Positions 18,150-28,644 of a DNA stretch of 64,000 nucleotides are shown here, one piece after another. The notes under the pieces were generated by a model. It saw nothing but the letters and a program-made list of their open reading frames with translations. It had not been told where the DNA came from and did no database searches. Positions within the stretch are counted from its first letter, which is position 1, and each line of letters opens with the position of its first letter. Source of the DNA: Candidatus Poseidoniaceae archaeon (GTDB taxonomy: Archaea; Thermoplasmatota; Poseidoniia; Poseidoniales; Poseidoniaceae). A program made the position numbers and the translations under genes. Location: positions 98,586-162,585 of the forward strand of contig CASIAW010000005.1 in assembly GCA_949372875.1 (NCBI GenBank). The letters are read 5' to 3'.

Positions 18150-20369
18150 GTGTCCGAACTCGCAATGGGTATGAGCGAACAATCGGAACCCTCGACGCCG
18201 GACAGAAAGGTTTCGAAGGAATTTTCCGCCGTTCAGGCAGAACTCGAGGCTGAAGACAACCTTTTCTCGATGATGAAGGAACAATTTACTTCGATGATGG
18301 GCATGATGTCCATGTTTGTAATAACCATTGCAATTGCTCTCTTCATTCGACCTTGGTATGACATTGCTAATTTGCAAGCCTTTGGAGAAGCAGGCGCTAC
18401 TCAAATTCGCTATATTGCACTCGAATTAGTAATGATCTTCATTTTCACTGCAGCAATCTTAATGCTAGCAAAATACAAGAAAGAATGGGTCATCAAGTAC
18501 GGTATTATGGGCGTTTTAGCAATTGCATTGATGTATACTACAGTCCCTCTTGCCCACATGCTGGTACTAGATTTCGAAGTTGAATCGTTCTCCTATGAAG
18601 ACGAAAGTGAATTTGATGTGTCCTATCTTGCTCATCACGGAATGGACACACATCTCACCAATTCATTGATTGGAGCCCCTGGGATGTGGAACGATTCAAT
18701 CAGCCTTTACCACGGAGAGGGGTTGACGAATGGCACTCCTGCTTGGACAATCACGCACGAACGGCTACCTTTCGCAGACACTGCAGAACTGAGAACGGTA
18801 GTTTCAGATCAATATTATTCGTTCACCAACCAAGGACACATTTGGTATGTTGATGCAGCAACAGGTGAAATTCAAGACTCTTATGATTGCCATCGTTATA
18901 TTGTAGACCCGGTTGATAACTCATCATACCTTGACTTCCTAGGTAACTTAGGAGGTGCATGTTCACTTGCATTTTATGCGGATGATGCAATGTATGTCAT
19001 CAATGAAGACAACCTCTTGGTTCGATACAACGTTTTTGAAGAAAGTCCAGGGTTGCTGGCCTATCAAGCCGGATGGGAATTACCAATGAACTTGGAAACA
19101 CATTTCGGAGTCGAATATGCGGAATTGATTGCGGAGGACATGGTACTTATTGTTACTTCCAACACAGCAGTAGTCATCGAATTGGAGAAGACCTCTCCTA
19201 GCTTGGACCCATTGGCGCCAAATATTGCTCGCTCAAACGCAAGTGTCCTGTTTCAAGTAAATTCCACCAGCAACTTCACGAGTGCCGACTACGGACATTC
19301 TCCTTGGTCGGACAATTTAATCAATGAATCTGAAGAGGGTGAAGGGTTTTTGATACTTGGTGAAGAGAACGGTGATGTTCTTAGTATCGAGAAAAGTGGA
19401 AGCGAATTCACCCCTCAAACAAAGATGAATTTGTTAGGATATGCAGACTCTATCCAATCTGTTCGGATTACTGACCTTGATGAAAGTGGTTATACTGACT
19501 TGCTTATAGCGACTGATACCAATGCAAATTGGCACCATTCCCAACTCTTGAAAAATAGAATTTCGTTCCCAGTTACAGATAATTTGGAAACAGTTTGGTT
19601 TGGGCAAATAAATGAATCTTCTCAATTCCATGCGGTCTATGATAACGGCTCTGTAATGATTGAGTCAGGCCTCGTAACTGGAGACATGATGGCATTAGAG
19701 GGCTTGCAACTGGAGAATGGACCGTTGTTTATCGGCCTCTTCGTCGCTGCTCTATTGATGGTTTTACTGTACGTCCACAGTGAATGGTATGTTGTCAACA
19801 CCGTTGGAGTCCTCGTTGGCTCTGGTGTGATTGTCATGCTTGGAGTAACCTTTGTTCCAACCCTCATCATTCTGTTTATGATCGCTGCTGCCGTGTATGA
19901 TGCATGGGCAGTTTATCGCTCTGAGCACATGCTTGATTTAGCCGATACAATGATTGGATTACGACTACCTATTCTCTTGGTTGCTCCACAAGAAAAGGGT
20001 TATTCGTTTATTGATGAAACAGTTTCCATGAAAGGAATGAATGCTGACGCACCTCCTCGCCCTCAACCAACATCGGCGCCCAAGAAGAAAAGTAAGGATG
20101 CAATGTTCATGGGCCTTGGAGACGTTATTTTCCCAGGTATGCTCGTTCTCTCAGCAGCCCAATACATCGATGGAAGCGATGGATTCTTGATTGCAATGAC
20201 AACTCTTCTTGGCGGATTAGTGGGTTATTTTGCATTGATGACATATGTGGCTCGTGGTCGCGCCCAAGCAGGATTACCGTTGCTGAATGGTGGCGCAATT
20301 CTAGGATATGTGATTGGTGGACTACTCTTCGTTGGTACTGCTATTTTTGACTTTGGAATAACATTGTGA
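18150..20369 (+). CDS. Presenilin / signal-peptide-peptidase-like (A22 family) intramembrane aspartyl protease homolog carrying a soluble insertion of about 370 aa
   Basis: C-terminal TM block contains AVYDAWAVY (YD motif), MGLGDVIFPGML (GxGD motif) and QAGLPLL (PAL-like). Three N-terminal TMs are separated from these by a large hydrophilic domain (about aa 160-530). Confidence 0.5.
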   Translation: MSELAMGMSEQSEPSTPDRKVSKEFSAVQAELEAEDNLFSMMKEQFTSMMGMMSMFVITIAIALFIRPWYDIANLQAFGEAGATQIRYIALELVMIFIFTAAILMLAKYKKEWVIKYGIMGVLAIALMYTTVPLAHMLVLDFEVESFSYEDESEFDVSYLAHHGMDTHLTNSLIGAPGMWNDSISLYHGEGLTNGTPAWTITHERLPFADTAELRTVVSDQYYSFTNQGHIWYVDAATGEIQDSYDCHRYIVDPVDNSSYLDFLGNLGGACSLAFYADDAMYVINEDNLLVRYNVFEESPGLLAYQAGWELPMNLETHFGVEYAELIAEDMVLIVTSNTAVVIELEKTSPSLDPLAPNIARSNASVLFQVNSTSNFTSADYGHSPWSDNLINESEEGEGFLILGEENGDVLSIEKSGSEFTPQTKMNLLGYADSIQSVRITDLDESGYTDLLIATDTNANWHHSQLLKNRISFPVTDNLETVWFGQINESSQFHAVYDNGSVMIESGLVTGDMMALEGLQLENGPLFIGLFVAALLMVLLYVHSEWYVVNTVGVLVGSGVIVMLGVTFVPTLIILFMIAAAVYDAWAVYRSEHMLDLADTMIGLRLPILLVAPQEKGYSFIDETVSMKGMNADAPPRPQPTSAPKKKSKDAMFMGLGDVIFPGMLVLSAAQYIDGSDGFLIAMTTLLGGLVGYFALMTYVARGRAQAGLPLLNGGAILGYVIGGLLFVGTAIFDFGITL

Positions 20370-20370
20370 G

Positions 20371-21672
20371 GTGAAAGGAATGCTCGATCTTGATTTATTT
20401 AGAAACGAACCTGATGTAATTCGTAAGGACCACGACAAACGCGGGATTCCTCATGATAACATTGAGCAGGTCATCGAATTGGACCAACAATGGCTCAATC
20501 TTCAGCATGATACAAACTTACTTCGAGCAAAGAAGAACACTGCTGCTCGGGGAATTGGTGCAGCGAAGAAATCTGGCGATGAACAAGCAGCTCAACAAAT
20601 CCTGGCCGAGGTTGCTAATTTAGGAACGCAAATTGCAGAAATGGAAGCAAAAACGGACTTAGCAATGGCAGAAAGAGATCGGTTGCGGATGAGTATTCCC
20701 AATATTCTTCACCCTGAGGTCCCAGTTGGAGCTGATGAGTCAGGTAACACTCTACACAGCGTTCATGGTGAAAAACCAGAATTTGGATTTGAACCTCGTA
20801 CCCATAATGAACTCATTGAAATGAATAAGTGGGTTGATTTGAAACGCGCTGCAAAAATCGTTGGTAGTCGATTCTTTTTCCTCAAAGGGGATTTGGCAAG
20901 GCTCGATTTTGCCTTACAACAGTATGCAGTTAATTTCATTCGAGAACGAGGGTATACGTTTGTTCAGCCACCGGTGATGATGAATCGTGAAGCATACGAA
21001 GGGGTAACTGACCTCTCGGACTTTGAAACCGTCATGTATGGCGTTGAACCAGACAAGTACTACATGATTGCCACATCTGAACACCCACTTACAGCGATGT
21101 TCATGGGAGAGACGATTCCAGAAAGCGACTTGCCTCTCCGCATAGTAGGTGTTTCACCTTGTTTCAGGAGAGAAGTTGGTTCGCATGGTCAATCCGATTT
21201 AGGAATATGGCGAGTGCATCAATTTACCAAGATTGAACAAATTATCATTGCAACTCCGGAACAATCATGGGAACTTCAAGAAGAACTCTTACAGAATTGC
21301 CTTGACTTATGGGACCAACTGGATATGCACTATGAAGTCGTCAATATTTGCACCGGGGACATGGGAACTGTTGCTGCTCGGAAATACGATCTTGAAGCTT
21401 GGATTCCTGGCGCTAAACAATACAAAGAAATTGTATCATGTTCCAACTGTACAGATTATCAGGCGAACCGATTGCAAATTCGCTATGGCCAACCAGGACA
21501 TTCTGGGCAGCCTATTGCTCACACCCTCAATTCGACTGCTGTAGCGACTTCCCGAGCTTTAGTGGCCATTATGGAACAGAACCAAATGGAAGATGGGCGG
21601 GTTAGAATTCCTCTTGTTCTCCAACCTTTAATGGGTGGGCAGGAAATCTTGGAACCGTGCTCTTGGGGTTGA
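20371..21672 (+). CDS. serS: Seryl-tRNA synthetase
   Basis: N-terminal MLDLDLFRNEPDVIRKDHDKRG coiled-coil arm and class-II aaRS core motifs (...FRREVGSHGQ...). 433 aa. Confidence 0.9.
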   Translation: MKGMLDLDLFRNEPDVIRKDHDKRGIPHDNIEQVIELDQQWLNLQHDTNLLRAKKNTAARGIGAAKKSGDEQAAQQILAEVANLGTQIAEMEAKTDLAMAERDRLRMSIPNILHPEVPVGADESGNTLHSVHGEKPEFGFEPRTHNELIEMNKWVDLKRAAKIVGSRFFFLKGDLARLDFALQQYAVNFIRERGYTFVQPPVMMNREAYEGVTDLSDFETVMYGVEPDKYYMIATSEHPLTAMFMGETIPESDLPLRIVGVSPCFRREVGSHGQSDLGIWRVHQFTKIEQIIIATPEQSWELQEELLQNCLDLWDQLDMHYEVVNICTGDMGTVAARKYDLEAWIPGAKQYKEIVSCSNCTDYQANRLQIRYGQPGHSGQPIAHTLNSTAVATSRALVAIMEQNQMEDGRVRIPLVLQPLMGGQEILEPCSWG

Positions 21673-21712
21673 TTTCGTAATGTTTGATATATCCTAACCT
21701 TCACTACAGTCC

Positions 21713-22594
21713 ATGGAAGACGATGGCATGCTGTATTTTGGATACGGCTCCAACCTTGACTGGGATGATTGGAAGTCGTGGTGTGAAAAGAAAAATCTCC
21801 GATTCGAAGGATTGGTTGAACTCAGCCCATGTTGGCTACCAAATTATTCAATGAAGTTTCACTACTTTTCCGATGGGCGAAAAGGAGGTGCTGCTGATGT
21901 TGTGGAGGCAGGCCGGGGTCATGCAGTTCCCGGAGTACTGTTCCGAATGGATGAGGTTGCACTCAAAGCGATGGACAGAAAAGAGGGCGTCAAGGTCGAA
22001 GCATACCTACGTCGAAAAGTAAAGGTGACCCTTCCAAATGGTACCTTTGTTGAGGCAATAACGTACTGCGTATCTGAAAAGAGGAGGGAAAACAGGTTTA
22101 TTCAACCTACAACAGCATACAGCAAACTCATCGAAAATGGTCTTTTGAAAAGAAATCTTCCAATTGGAGAATTGAAAAATGCTATTGAAGACTTCTCACC
22201 AAGTTATCCCCTTGAAAACCTATTTGTATATGGCACACTCATGGAAGGCGGACGATTTCATTCCACCATCTCCGAATTTAGTATTGGTGAGGGAAGGCGA
22301 GCCTCAGCCAACGGAAATCTTGTTGATTTAGGCGACTTTCCTGGAATGATTACGGGAGGAGAAGGTGAAGTCAAAGGCGAAGTGTATCAAATCGACCAGA
22401 TATTTCCTGCTTTACGAACCCTCGATACTATTGAGGGGTTTTATGGCTATGATTCTACACATTCTCTGTTCACCAGGACGATTGTTCAAATCAAGACTGA
22501 GCAAGGTACTGAATGGGCTTGGGCTTATTCATACAACCAACAAAAAGACGAAATGTTGAAAATCATAGATTCAGGTGATTGGCGAAATCGCTAG
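21713..22594 (+). CDS. Tandem gamma-glutamyl cyclotransferase (GGCT/AIG2-like) domain protein
   Basis: Two copies of the AIG2/GGCT signature: LYFGYGSNL...W (N-terminal) and LFVYGTLMEGG (C-terminal). Confidence 0.55.
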   Translation: MEDDGMLYFGYGSNLDWDDWKSWCEKKNLRFEGLVELSPCWLPNYSMKFHYFSDGRKGGAADVVEAGRGHAVPGVLFRMDEVALKAMDRKEGVKVEAYLRRKVKVTLPNGTFVEAITYCVSEKRRENRFIQPTTAYSKLIENGLLKRNLPIGELKNAIEDFSPSYPLENLFVYGTLMEGGRFHSTISEFSIGEGRRASANGNLVDLGDFPGMITGGEGEVKGEVYQIDQIFPALRTLDTIEGFYGYDSTHSLFTRTIVQIKTEQGTEWAWAYSYNQQKDEMLKIIDSGDWRNR

Positions 22595-23064
22595 TCTTCA
22601 TTTTCATCCATTTCCAAAAGGGTTGAACCTTGCTGGACTTGATCTCCTGATGCGAAATGGATTGCTGTGATGTGGCCGGATGATGATGCAAGAATTCTGT
22701 GCTCCATTTTCATCGCTTCAAGCACCATGAGTGTTTGACCTGCTTCGACCGGTTGATTCAGTTCAACCAAAACATCGAGTATTTTTCCTGGCATTGGAGC
22801 GATAAGGCCACCATTGTCTTCTGATTGAGATGCACCAGGTTCAATTCGCTCTAAGCAAAATGTATGTCCTTGGAAATGAACCCACCAAACATCTCCGACT
22901 TTGGCTGTTGTAGCATATCCAGTTAAGCCACTCGATAATTGGATTGAAAGCCTACCATCAGATTCAATTCGAGCTTGATGTTCACCCAAATGCCAAACTC
23001 CATCCTTTTTCGCAACCGTAACTTCAACAGGTCCTTCGGGAGTTTTGAATTGATGATGCATCAA
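22591..23064 (-). CDS. accB: Biotin carboxyl carrier protein (biotin/lipoyl attachment domain)
   Basis: Biotinylation motif EAMKMEH. 157 aa. 4-nt overlap with the upstream biotin carboxylase gene. Confidence 0.75.
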   Translation of the reverse strand: MMHHQFKTPEGPVEVTVAKKDGVWHLGEHQARIESDGRLSIQLSSGLTGYATTAKVGDVWWVHFQGHTFCLERIEPGASQSEDNGGLIAPMPGKILDVLVELNQPVEAGQTLMVLEAMKMEHRILASSSGHITAIHFASGDQVQQGSTLLEMDENED

Positions 23065-24572
23065 GGATACCTCCTGTTGAGGGTCAAAAATGGACTAATT
23101 GGGCCTGATTGCTCATCGGATTGAGCAGTTGTGACAGACGTTCTATGCAAACCAGCACTTTCTGAAACAGCGGCGGCCATGAGGGCTGCGTCTTCAAAGT
23201 CGGTGGGAAGGTTTGGCGACCACCCGTTGGGCCAAAGTCTGTCAATCATCGTCGTATCCGTAGTTCCTTCAATCACATCAGGAACATCACACAGTTCTCG
23301 TAAAAATCGAAGATTTGTGACGGTACCAAGAACAATGAATTCATCAAGAGCTCGGCGCATACGTTGCAGTGCCTCGACTCTTGAAGGAGCCCAAACAATC
23401 AGTTTAGCCAACATCGGGTCATAATTAGGCGTGACTTGATCCCCTTGACGTACGCCAGTATCGAGCCGAATACCGGGCCCTTCAGGAGGCTGAAATACAG
23501 CGAGTGGTCCAATTGCTGGAAGGAAATTATTTTCAGCATCTTCTGCATACAACCGCACCTCAATTGCATGACCTCGCAGATGCAATTCACCACAGGACAT
23601 CGGTTCACCAGCCGCTATACGCAACTGCTCTCGAACAATGTCCACACCAGTGACTAATTCAGTCACTGGATGTTCAACTTGAATCCGAGTATTCATTTCA
23701 AGGAAGAAAAACTCACCTGTAGGTGCGAGCAAAAACTCAACGGTTCCAGCTCCTTCGTAGTTTACAGCCATAGCGGCTGCAACTGCCGCTTTCCCCATTG
23801 CAGAACGTATGTCCTCACTCATGGTTGCACATGGCGCTTCTTCGAACACTTTCTGGTGACGACGTTGAACACTGCACTCGCGCTCTCCCAGATGAATTGT
23901 ACGGCCATGTCGGTCAGCGAGAATTTGAATCTCTACATGCTTCGAGCCTGTAAGCATCCGTTCAAGGTATACACGGCCGTCTCCGAACGCTGCTAATGCC
24001 TCACGGCGGGCGCTTTGAGCCGCTTCAAGAAGATCTTCGTGCCGTTCAACCGCACGCATTCCTTTACCACCGCCACCGGATGAGGCCTTGAGCAGTAAAG
24101 GATAGCCAACACGGACGCTCGCTTGTTGAATAGCGATAAGTGCTTCCTGTTCATCTTCTGTTTCAATCTCTTCACCAGGGATGACGGGGACACCGGCATC
24201 CCTCATGGTAATTCGGGCAGTCATTTTGTCGCCCATTCTCTCAATTGCAGAAGGGCTTGGCCCAATCCACTGAAGTCCTGCTTGAGATACTGCTCTGGCG
24301 AAGTCTGCACGCTCTGAGAGGAACCCAAACCCTGGATGAACTGCATCAGCACCAGTCGCTTGTGCAATAGCTAGAATTTGAGATTGATTGAGGTATGTTT
24401 CAGTAAGAGAATCACCCTCAAGAAGGACTGCTTGGTCTGCAAGTTCGACAAAGAGAGAAGATGCGTCGTTTTCAGCATAGATGGCAACGCTGCTCAAGCC
24501 AGCTTCATTGCAAGCACGTAATATTCGGCAAGCAATTTCACCTCGATTGGCAACCAAGACTTTGCTGACCAT
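23061..24572 (-). CDS. accC: Biotin carboxylase subunit (ATP-grasp)
   Basis: MVSKVLVANRGEIACRILRAC N-terminus and ATP-grasp and biotin-carboxylase C-terminal motifs. 503 aa. Confidence 0.9.
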   Translation of the reverse strand: MVSKVLVANRGEIACRILRACNEAGLSSVAIYAENDASSLFVELADQAVLLEGDSLTETYLNQSQILAIAQATGADAVHPGFGFLSERADFARAVSQAGLQWIGPSPSAIERMGDKMTARITMRDAGVPVIPGEEIETEDEQEALIAIQQASVRVGYPLLLKASSGGGGKGMRAVERHEDLLEAAQSARREALAAFGDGRVYLERMLTGSKHVEIQILADRHGRTIHLGERECSVQRRHQKVFEEAPCATMSEDIRSAMGKAAVAAAMAVNYEGAGTVEFLLAPTGEFFFLEMNTRIQVEHPVTELVTGVDIVREQLRIAAGEPMSCGELHLRGHAIEVRLYAEDAENNFLPAIGPLAVFQPPEGPGIRLDTGVRQGDQVTPNYDPMLAKLIVWAPSRVEALQRMRRALDEFIVLGTVTNLRFLRELCDVPDVIEGTTDTTMIDRLWPNGWSPNLPTDFEDAALMAAAVSESAGLHRTSVTTAQSDEQSGPISPFLTLNRRYP

Positions 24573-24581
24573 TGCGTCACC

Positions 24582-25439
24582 TCATTCGTTTTTCCAATTT
24601 GCAGGACGCTTGTCGAGAAAAGAAGACAGTCCTTCTTGTCCTTCTAGTGAGCCTCTCATGCGGCTGGTAAAATCAAGAGTAAACTCTCGTAACTCTGTAT
24701 CACTGCCAGTCCATCTGTCAAATTCAAGTGTCAATTCCTTCGCCAGTGTAATGGCTTGAGGACCGGTGCCAAGGATTTCTTCTACCAATTCATCGACCGC
24801 AGGTGATAGTTCATCGATTGAATCGACAACTGCTTCTATGAAGCCAATCCGAAGTGCTTCTTCTGACTCGATACGGCTGGCTTGCATGGCGAGTCGCCGG
24901 AAACAAGCGGAGCCGAGTCGCCGATACACATAGGGCCCGATTACAGCAGGAAGTATTCCGAGTTTGCCTTCCGACAACGCAATTTTGACATTCGATGTCG
25001 CAATGACATGATCAAGACAGGCGACAAGACCAGCACCGCCGCCAAGTGCAACACCTTGAACTGCTCCAATCGTGAAGCATGGGTGCGACCATAATCCGTT
25101 GAACAAACGGTCAAGGCGTTCTGAATCAATTCGGTTTTCTTCGGGAGTATTCGCTCCTGCATCACGCATCATGTTGATGTCAGCGCCTGCACAGAAATGC
25201 CGCCCTGCTCCGGAAAGCACGAGTGTTCGAAGATAAGAGGCACCGTGAGTATCAGTAAGTGTTCCTTGAACACCCACGCTTCGTTCAGCAGTCCAGTCAA
25301 AAAGCGTGCATAATTCAGTGATCATTTGAACATTGAGTGCATTGAACTTCTCTTCCCGGTCGAGTTTGATATGGCATCGTGAATCAGTAATCTCGACGGT
25401 CACCAATTCGGTTTGCGGTGGTTTATCCATTATTTTCAT
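24582..25439 (-). CDS. Enoyl-CoA hydratase/isomerase (crotonase) family protein, embedded in the carboxylase operon (possibly methylglutaconyl-CoA hydratase-like)
   Basis: Crotonase oxyanion-hole motif LSGAGRHFCAGADI. Start set at the internal ATG (MKIMDKPP) so that it does not overlap the upstream carboxyltransferase gene. Confidence 0.7.
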   Translation of the reverse strand: MKIMDKPPQTELVTVEITDSRCHIKLDREEKFNALNVQMITELCTLFDWTAERSVGVQGTLTDTHGASYLRTLVLSGAGRHFCAGADINMMRDAGANTPEENRIDSERLDRLFNGLWSHPCFTIGAVQGVALGGGAGLVACLDHVIATSNVKIALSEGKLGILPAVIGPYVYRRLGSACFRRLAMQASRIESEEALRIGFIEAVVDSIDELSPAVDELVEEILGTGPQAITLAKELTLEFDRWTGSDTELREFTLDFTSRMRGSLEGQEGLSSFLDKRPANWKNE

Positions 25440-25482
25440 GTTAAAAACTCCAATTGCATTTTTAATTTTTAAATTGAAATAT

Positions 25483-27099
25483 CTACATTCTAAATACGCC
25501 AAATCTATCGTTTGGCATTGGCGCATTACGGGCGGATGCTAAACACAAACCGAGAACATCCCGGGTATCTCTCGGGTCGATTATACCATCGTCCCAAAGA
25601 CGAGCGGTGGAATAATACGGGCTCCCTTCAGTTTCATACTTCTCAAGAATCGGGGCTCGGAACGTATCCAGTTCCTCTCCCGCCATTGCTGAAAGTCCTT
25701 CTCGAGCTCGTTGATCTTGTTTCACCGTTGTCAGAACATCCGCTGCTTGAGGCCCACCCATAACCGAGATTCGGCTATTCGGCCACATGAATAGGAAACG
25801 AGGATCGTAAGCTCTCCCGCACATTCCGTAATTCCCTGCGCCGTGAGAACCACCGATGATAACGGTAAATTTAGGAACATTGACGCAAGAAACTGCAGTG
25901 ACTAATTTGGCTCCATCTTTGGCAATGCCTCCAGCCTCATACGCTTTACCAACCATGAATCCTGTGATGTTCTGTAGGAAGACGAGCGGTATGCCTCGTT
26001 GACCACAAAGTTCAACGAAATGAGCACCCTTCAGAGAGGATTCAGAAAAGAGGATTCCATTATTGGCGACAATTCCGACCTTGTGCCCGTGGATGTGTGC
26101 GAAGCCGCAAATGAGAGTAGTGCCGTAGCGAGATTTAAATTCGTGGAAACGAGAACCGTCAACAATTCGAGCAATGATCTCTTTGATGTCAAACGGAGTT
26201 CGATTATCGCTTGGTATTAAGCCAAGTAAGTCATTCACATCATGCGAAGGAGGTTCAGGGGCTGCACTGGCAGACGGAGCGAGCGTACGAGGACCAAGGT
26301 TTTCTACGATGTTTCGAACCATTCGTAGTGCTTCATTTTCGTCTTCAGCAAAGTGGTCAGCTACGCCGGATTGCGAAGTGTGGACATCAGCGCCCCCCAA
26401 CTCCTCAGCTGTAACTTCTTCACCCGTTGCTGCCTTGACCAATGGAGGCCCTGCGAGGAAGATTGTGCCATTTCCTTTGACGATAATTGACTCGTCACTC
26501 ATCGCTGGAACATAAGCGCCTCCAGCGGTACAGGAACCGAGAACTGCAGCGATTTGAGGAATTTTATCACCTGACATACGTGCCTGGTTTCTGAAGATTC
26601 GTCCGAAGTGCCCAATGTCTGGAAACACTTCATCTTGCATTGGTAGGAAAGCCCCGCCGGAATCGACCAGATAGATGCAGGGGAGATGATTCTCATGTGC
26701 AACCGTTTGCGCCCGAATGTGCTTCTTAACCGTCATTGGGTAATAGGAGCCACCTTTCACTGTTGCATCATTCGCAACAAAAAGGCACTCACGTCCGTGG
26801 ACCAAACCAACGCCGGTCACAATTCCAGCAGAATGGGCACGACCGTCATACAAATCAAAAGCGGCGAGTGGAGAGAGTTCCAAAAACGCGGTCCCAGGGT
26901 CGATAATACGCTCAATTCGCTCGCGTGCAAGGAGTTTATTTCTACCTCGATGACGTTCAACATATTTGCTGCCCCCTCCATTCGAAGCGATTGCTAAGCG
27001 TTCTTGCAGAGTATCGAGGAGTGATTGATTGAACTGCTTGTGTTCTGCGAACTCTGGGTCGCTGCGATTCACACGGGTAGGTAATCGGTCCATATTCAC
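25483..27099 (-). CDS. Acyl-CoA carboxylase carboxyltransferase (beta) subunit, methylcrotonyl-/propionyl-CoA carboxylase beta-like
   Basis: N-terminal [22 protein letters not shown] and two carboxyltransferase half-domains. 538 aa. Confidence 0.85.
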   Translation of the reverse strand: MNMDRLPTRVNRSDPEFAEHKQFNQSLLDTLQERLAIASNGGGSKYVERHRGRNKLLARERIERIIDPGTAFLELSPLAAFDLYDGRAHSAGIVTGVGLVHGRECLFVANDATVKGGSYYPMTVKKHIRAQTVAHENHLPCIYLVDSGGAFLPMQDEVFPDIGHFGRIFRNQARMSGDKIPQIAAVLGSCTAGGAYVPAMSDESIIVKGNGTIFLAGPPLVKAATGEEVTAEELGGADVHTSQSGVADHFAEDENEALRMVRNIVENLGPRTLAPSASAAPEPPSHDVNDLLGLIPSDNRTPFDIKEIIARIVDGSRFHEFKSRYGTTLICGFAHIHGHKVGIVANNGILFSESSLKGAHFVELCGQRGIPLVFLQNITGFMVGKAYEAGGIAKDGAKLVTAVSCVNVPKFTVIIGGSHGAGNYGMCGRAYDPRFLFMWPNSRISVMGGPQAADVLTTVKQDQRAREGLSAMAGEELDTFRAPILEKYETEGSPYYSTARLWDDGIIDPRDTRDVLGLCLASARNAPMPNDRFGVFRM

Positions 27100-27168
27100 C
27101 CCTCATACCGAGGCAGGTGGATGCCGTCTTTAACACTACTACAGTTCAGGTTATCCGGACTTTTATTC

Positions 27169-28557
27169 TCAAACGCCGAGCATGAGACGACCAATGTCCC
27201 TTAATCCAGGTGCTAATCCAACAATGAGAACAGCTAAAACAATCAAAATACGGATATGACGTTGTCTCTTTTCCACTTTCATCTCGATGAACATCCAAGT
27301 GATTGCTCCAACTAAAGCTGCTTTGAGCAGTACAAACAGCCATGCCCCTTCGCCAAACTCAATGCCGAGCATTGAATTTAATTCTCCACCGTAAAGAATA
27401 ACTTGGTTACTTACAACATGTTTCTCACTGTATCCAAAATAATCAATTCCAACCATGGTAGCAAATCCATCGCATAATTGGCCGAAAACCATGGCGAGGA
27501 CCATTGGACTAGCGAGCAGAGCATTTCTCGAAAGCATGGCGACGGGATGATGATCGACATGATCTCCAGCATCTTCCCATGCTTTGGTGCTGATGCCTTC
27601 TGGTAGAACCCCTGCCTCATAGCCGGTTAATTTCATTTGAAGTGCGTCCTCAGCACCGCGCCTATACATTGCAATACAAACCAGTCCCGGAATTCCGAAA
27701 ACAACGAGAACCGGCCACCATGCAATTGATTCTGAAACTCGAGAACTCTCTTGAGCCCACGGCGTAGCAAGGAATTGAACCCAATGAGCAAAACCAAGCA
27801 TACTTGCAGAGGCGCCAAATGCAAACATTCCTCTGGTGATTGCTGGCCACCCTCTGGTTCGGATGATGACGCCAGTTAAGACGATGAACGATAGAACCAA
27901 ACCGGCGTAGATCCAAAACATTCCGATGCCCTCGTGCGTGATGTATGCAGGTTGATACAAAAAAGCCCAATGGAAAAACAACATGAGAAATAAAATTGGA
28001 AGAAGCGCCTTACGAATCTTTACTTCGATTCTATCAGATGTCTCACCATCCCATTGTGATGCAAGGAATTGAGAGAGCCCTGCAACAACCACAAGCCAAA
28101 GTGCGAGGTGAAGATGGATTACCGGTGAGATGAACAACCAATCCATATCAGAACTAAAGAAATCCGCGTCTTCTAGAACTCGCAAGACTGGTGCAAGGCA
28201 CACCCAAGTTAGGAGCGCTAGAAGCATTCGATCGTCTGCTGGAAAATGAGCTCTACGAAACAAGGCTTGTAGAACCAGAACGCTTGCAAGCATACTGAAT
28301 GTGTAAAGCAAGGTATTCAACGGATTATAATCAGCATCTCCAGCAGAACCTGCATCTTCCATAATCGGGTCCCAAACTATTGGTTTAAGACCATCTGTCC
28401 AAACGAAATCGTTGGCAAAAACAAAACCAAGAATGAAGGCAATACTGCAGGCAAAGGCAACCCAAAGCGTACCTTTCTCTAATGGAGAATAAGTCTCTGA
28501 AGGCAAAGAAGGATGTTCTGATGCCAACTGTTGTTCAAGTTCTTTGAGACTCGTCAT
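27169..28557 (-). CDS. Polytopic integral membrane protein, function unknown
   Basis: 462 aa with at least 10 predicted hydrophobic helices. No catalytic motif recognised. Confidence 0.5.
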   Translation of the reverse strand: MTSLKELEQQLASEHPSLPSETYSPLEKGTLWVAFACSIAFILGFVFANDFVWTDGLKPIVWDPIMEDAGSAGDADYNPLNTLLYTFSMLASVLVLQALFRRAHFPADDRMLLALLTWVCLAPVLRVLEDADFFSSDMDWLFISPVIHLHLALWLVVVAGLSQFLASQWDGETSDRIEVKIRKALLPILFLMLFFHWAFLYQPAYITHEGIGMFWIYAGLVLSFIVLTGVIIRTRGWPAITRGMFAFGASASMLGFAHWVQFLATPWAQESSRVSESIAWWPVLVVFGIPGLVCIAMYRRGAEDALQMKLTGYEAGVLPEGISTKAWEDAGDHVDHHPVAMLSRNALLASPMVLAMVFGQLCDGFATMVGIDYFGYSEKHVVSNQVILYGGELNSMLGIEFGEGAWLFVLLKAALVGAITWMFIEMKVEKRQRHIRILIVLAVLIVGLAPGLRDIGRLMLGV

Positions 28558-28644
28558 AGTTATCCCTGTTGATGGGTTGGGTATCTTATCAATATCCTTT
28601 GGGGATGGATGCTTGCTGATTCAGTCATTCAAGCAAACATTGGT

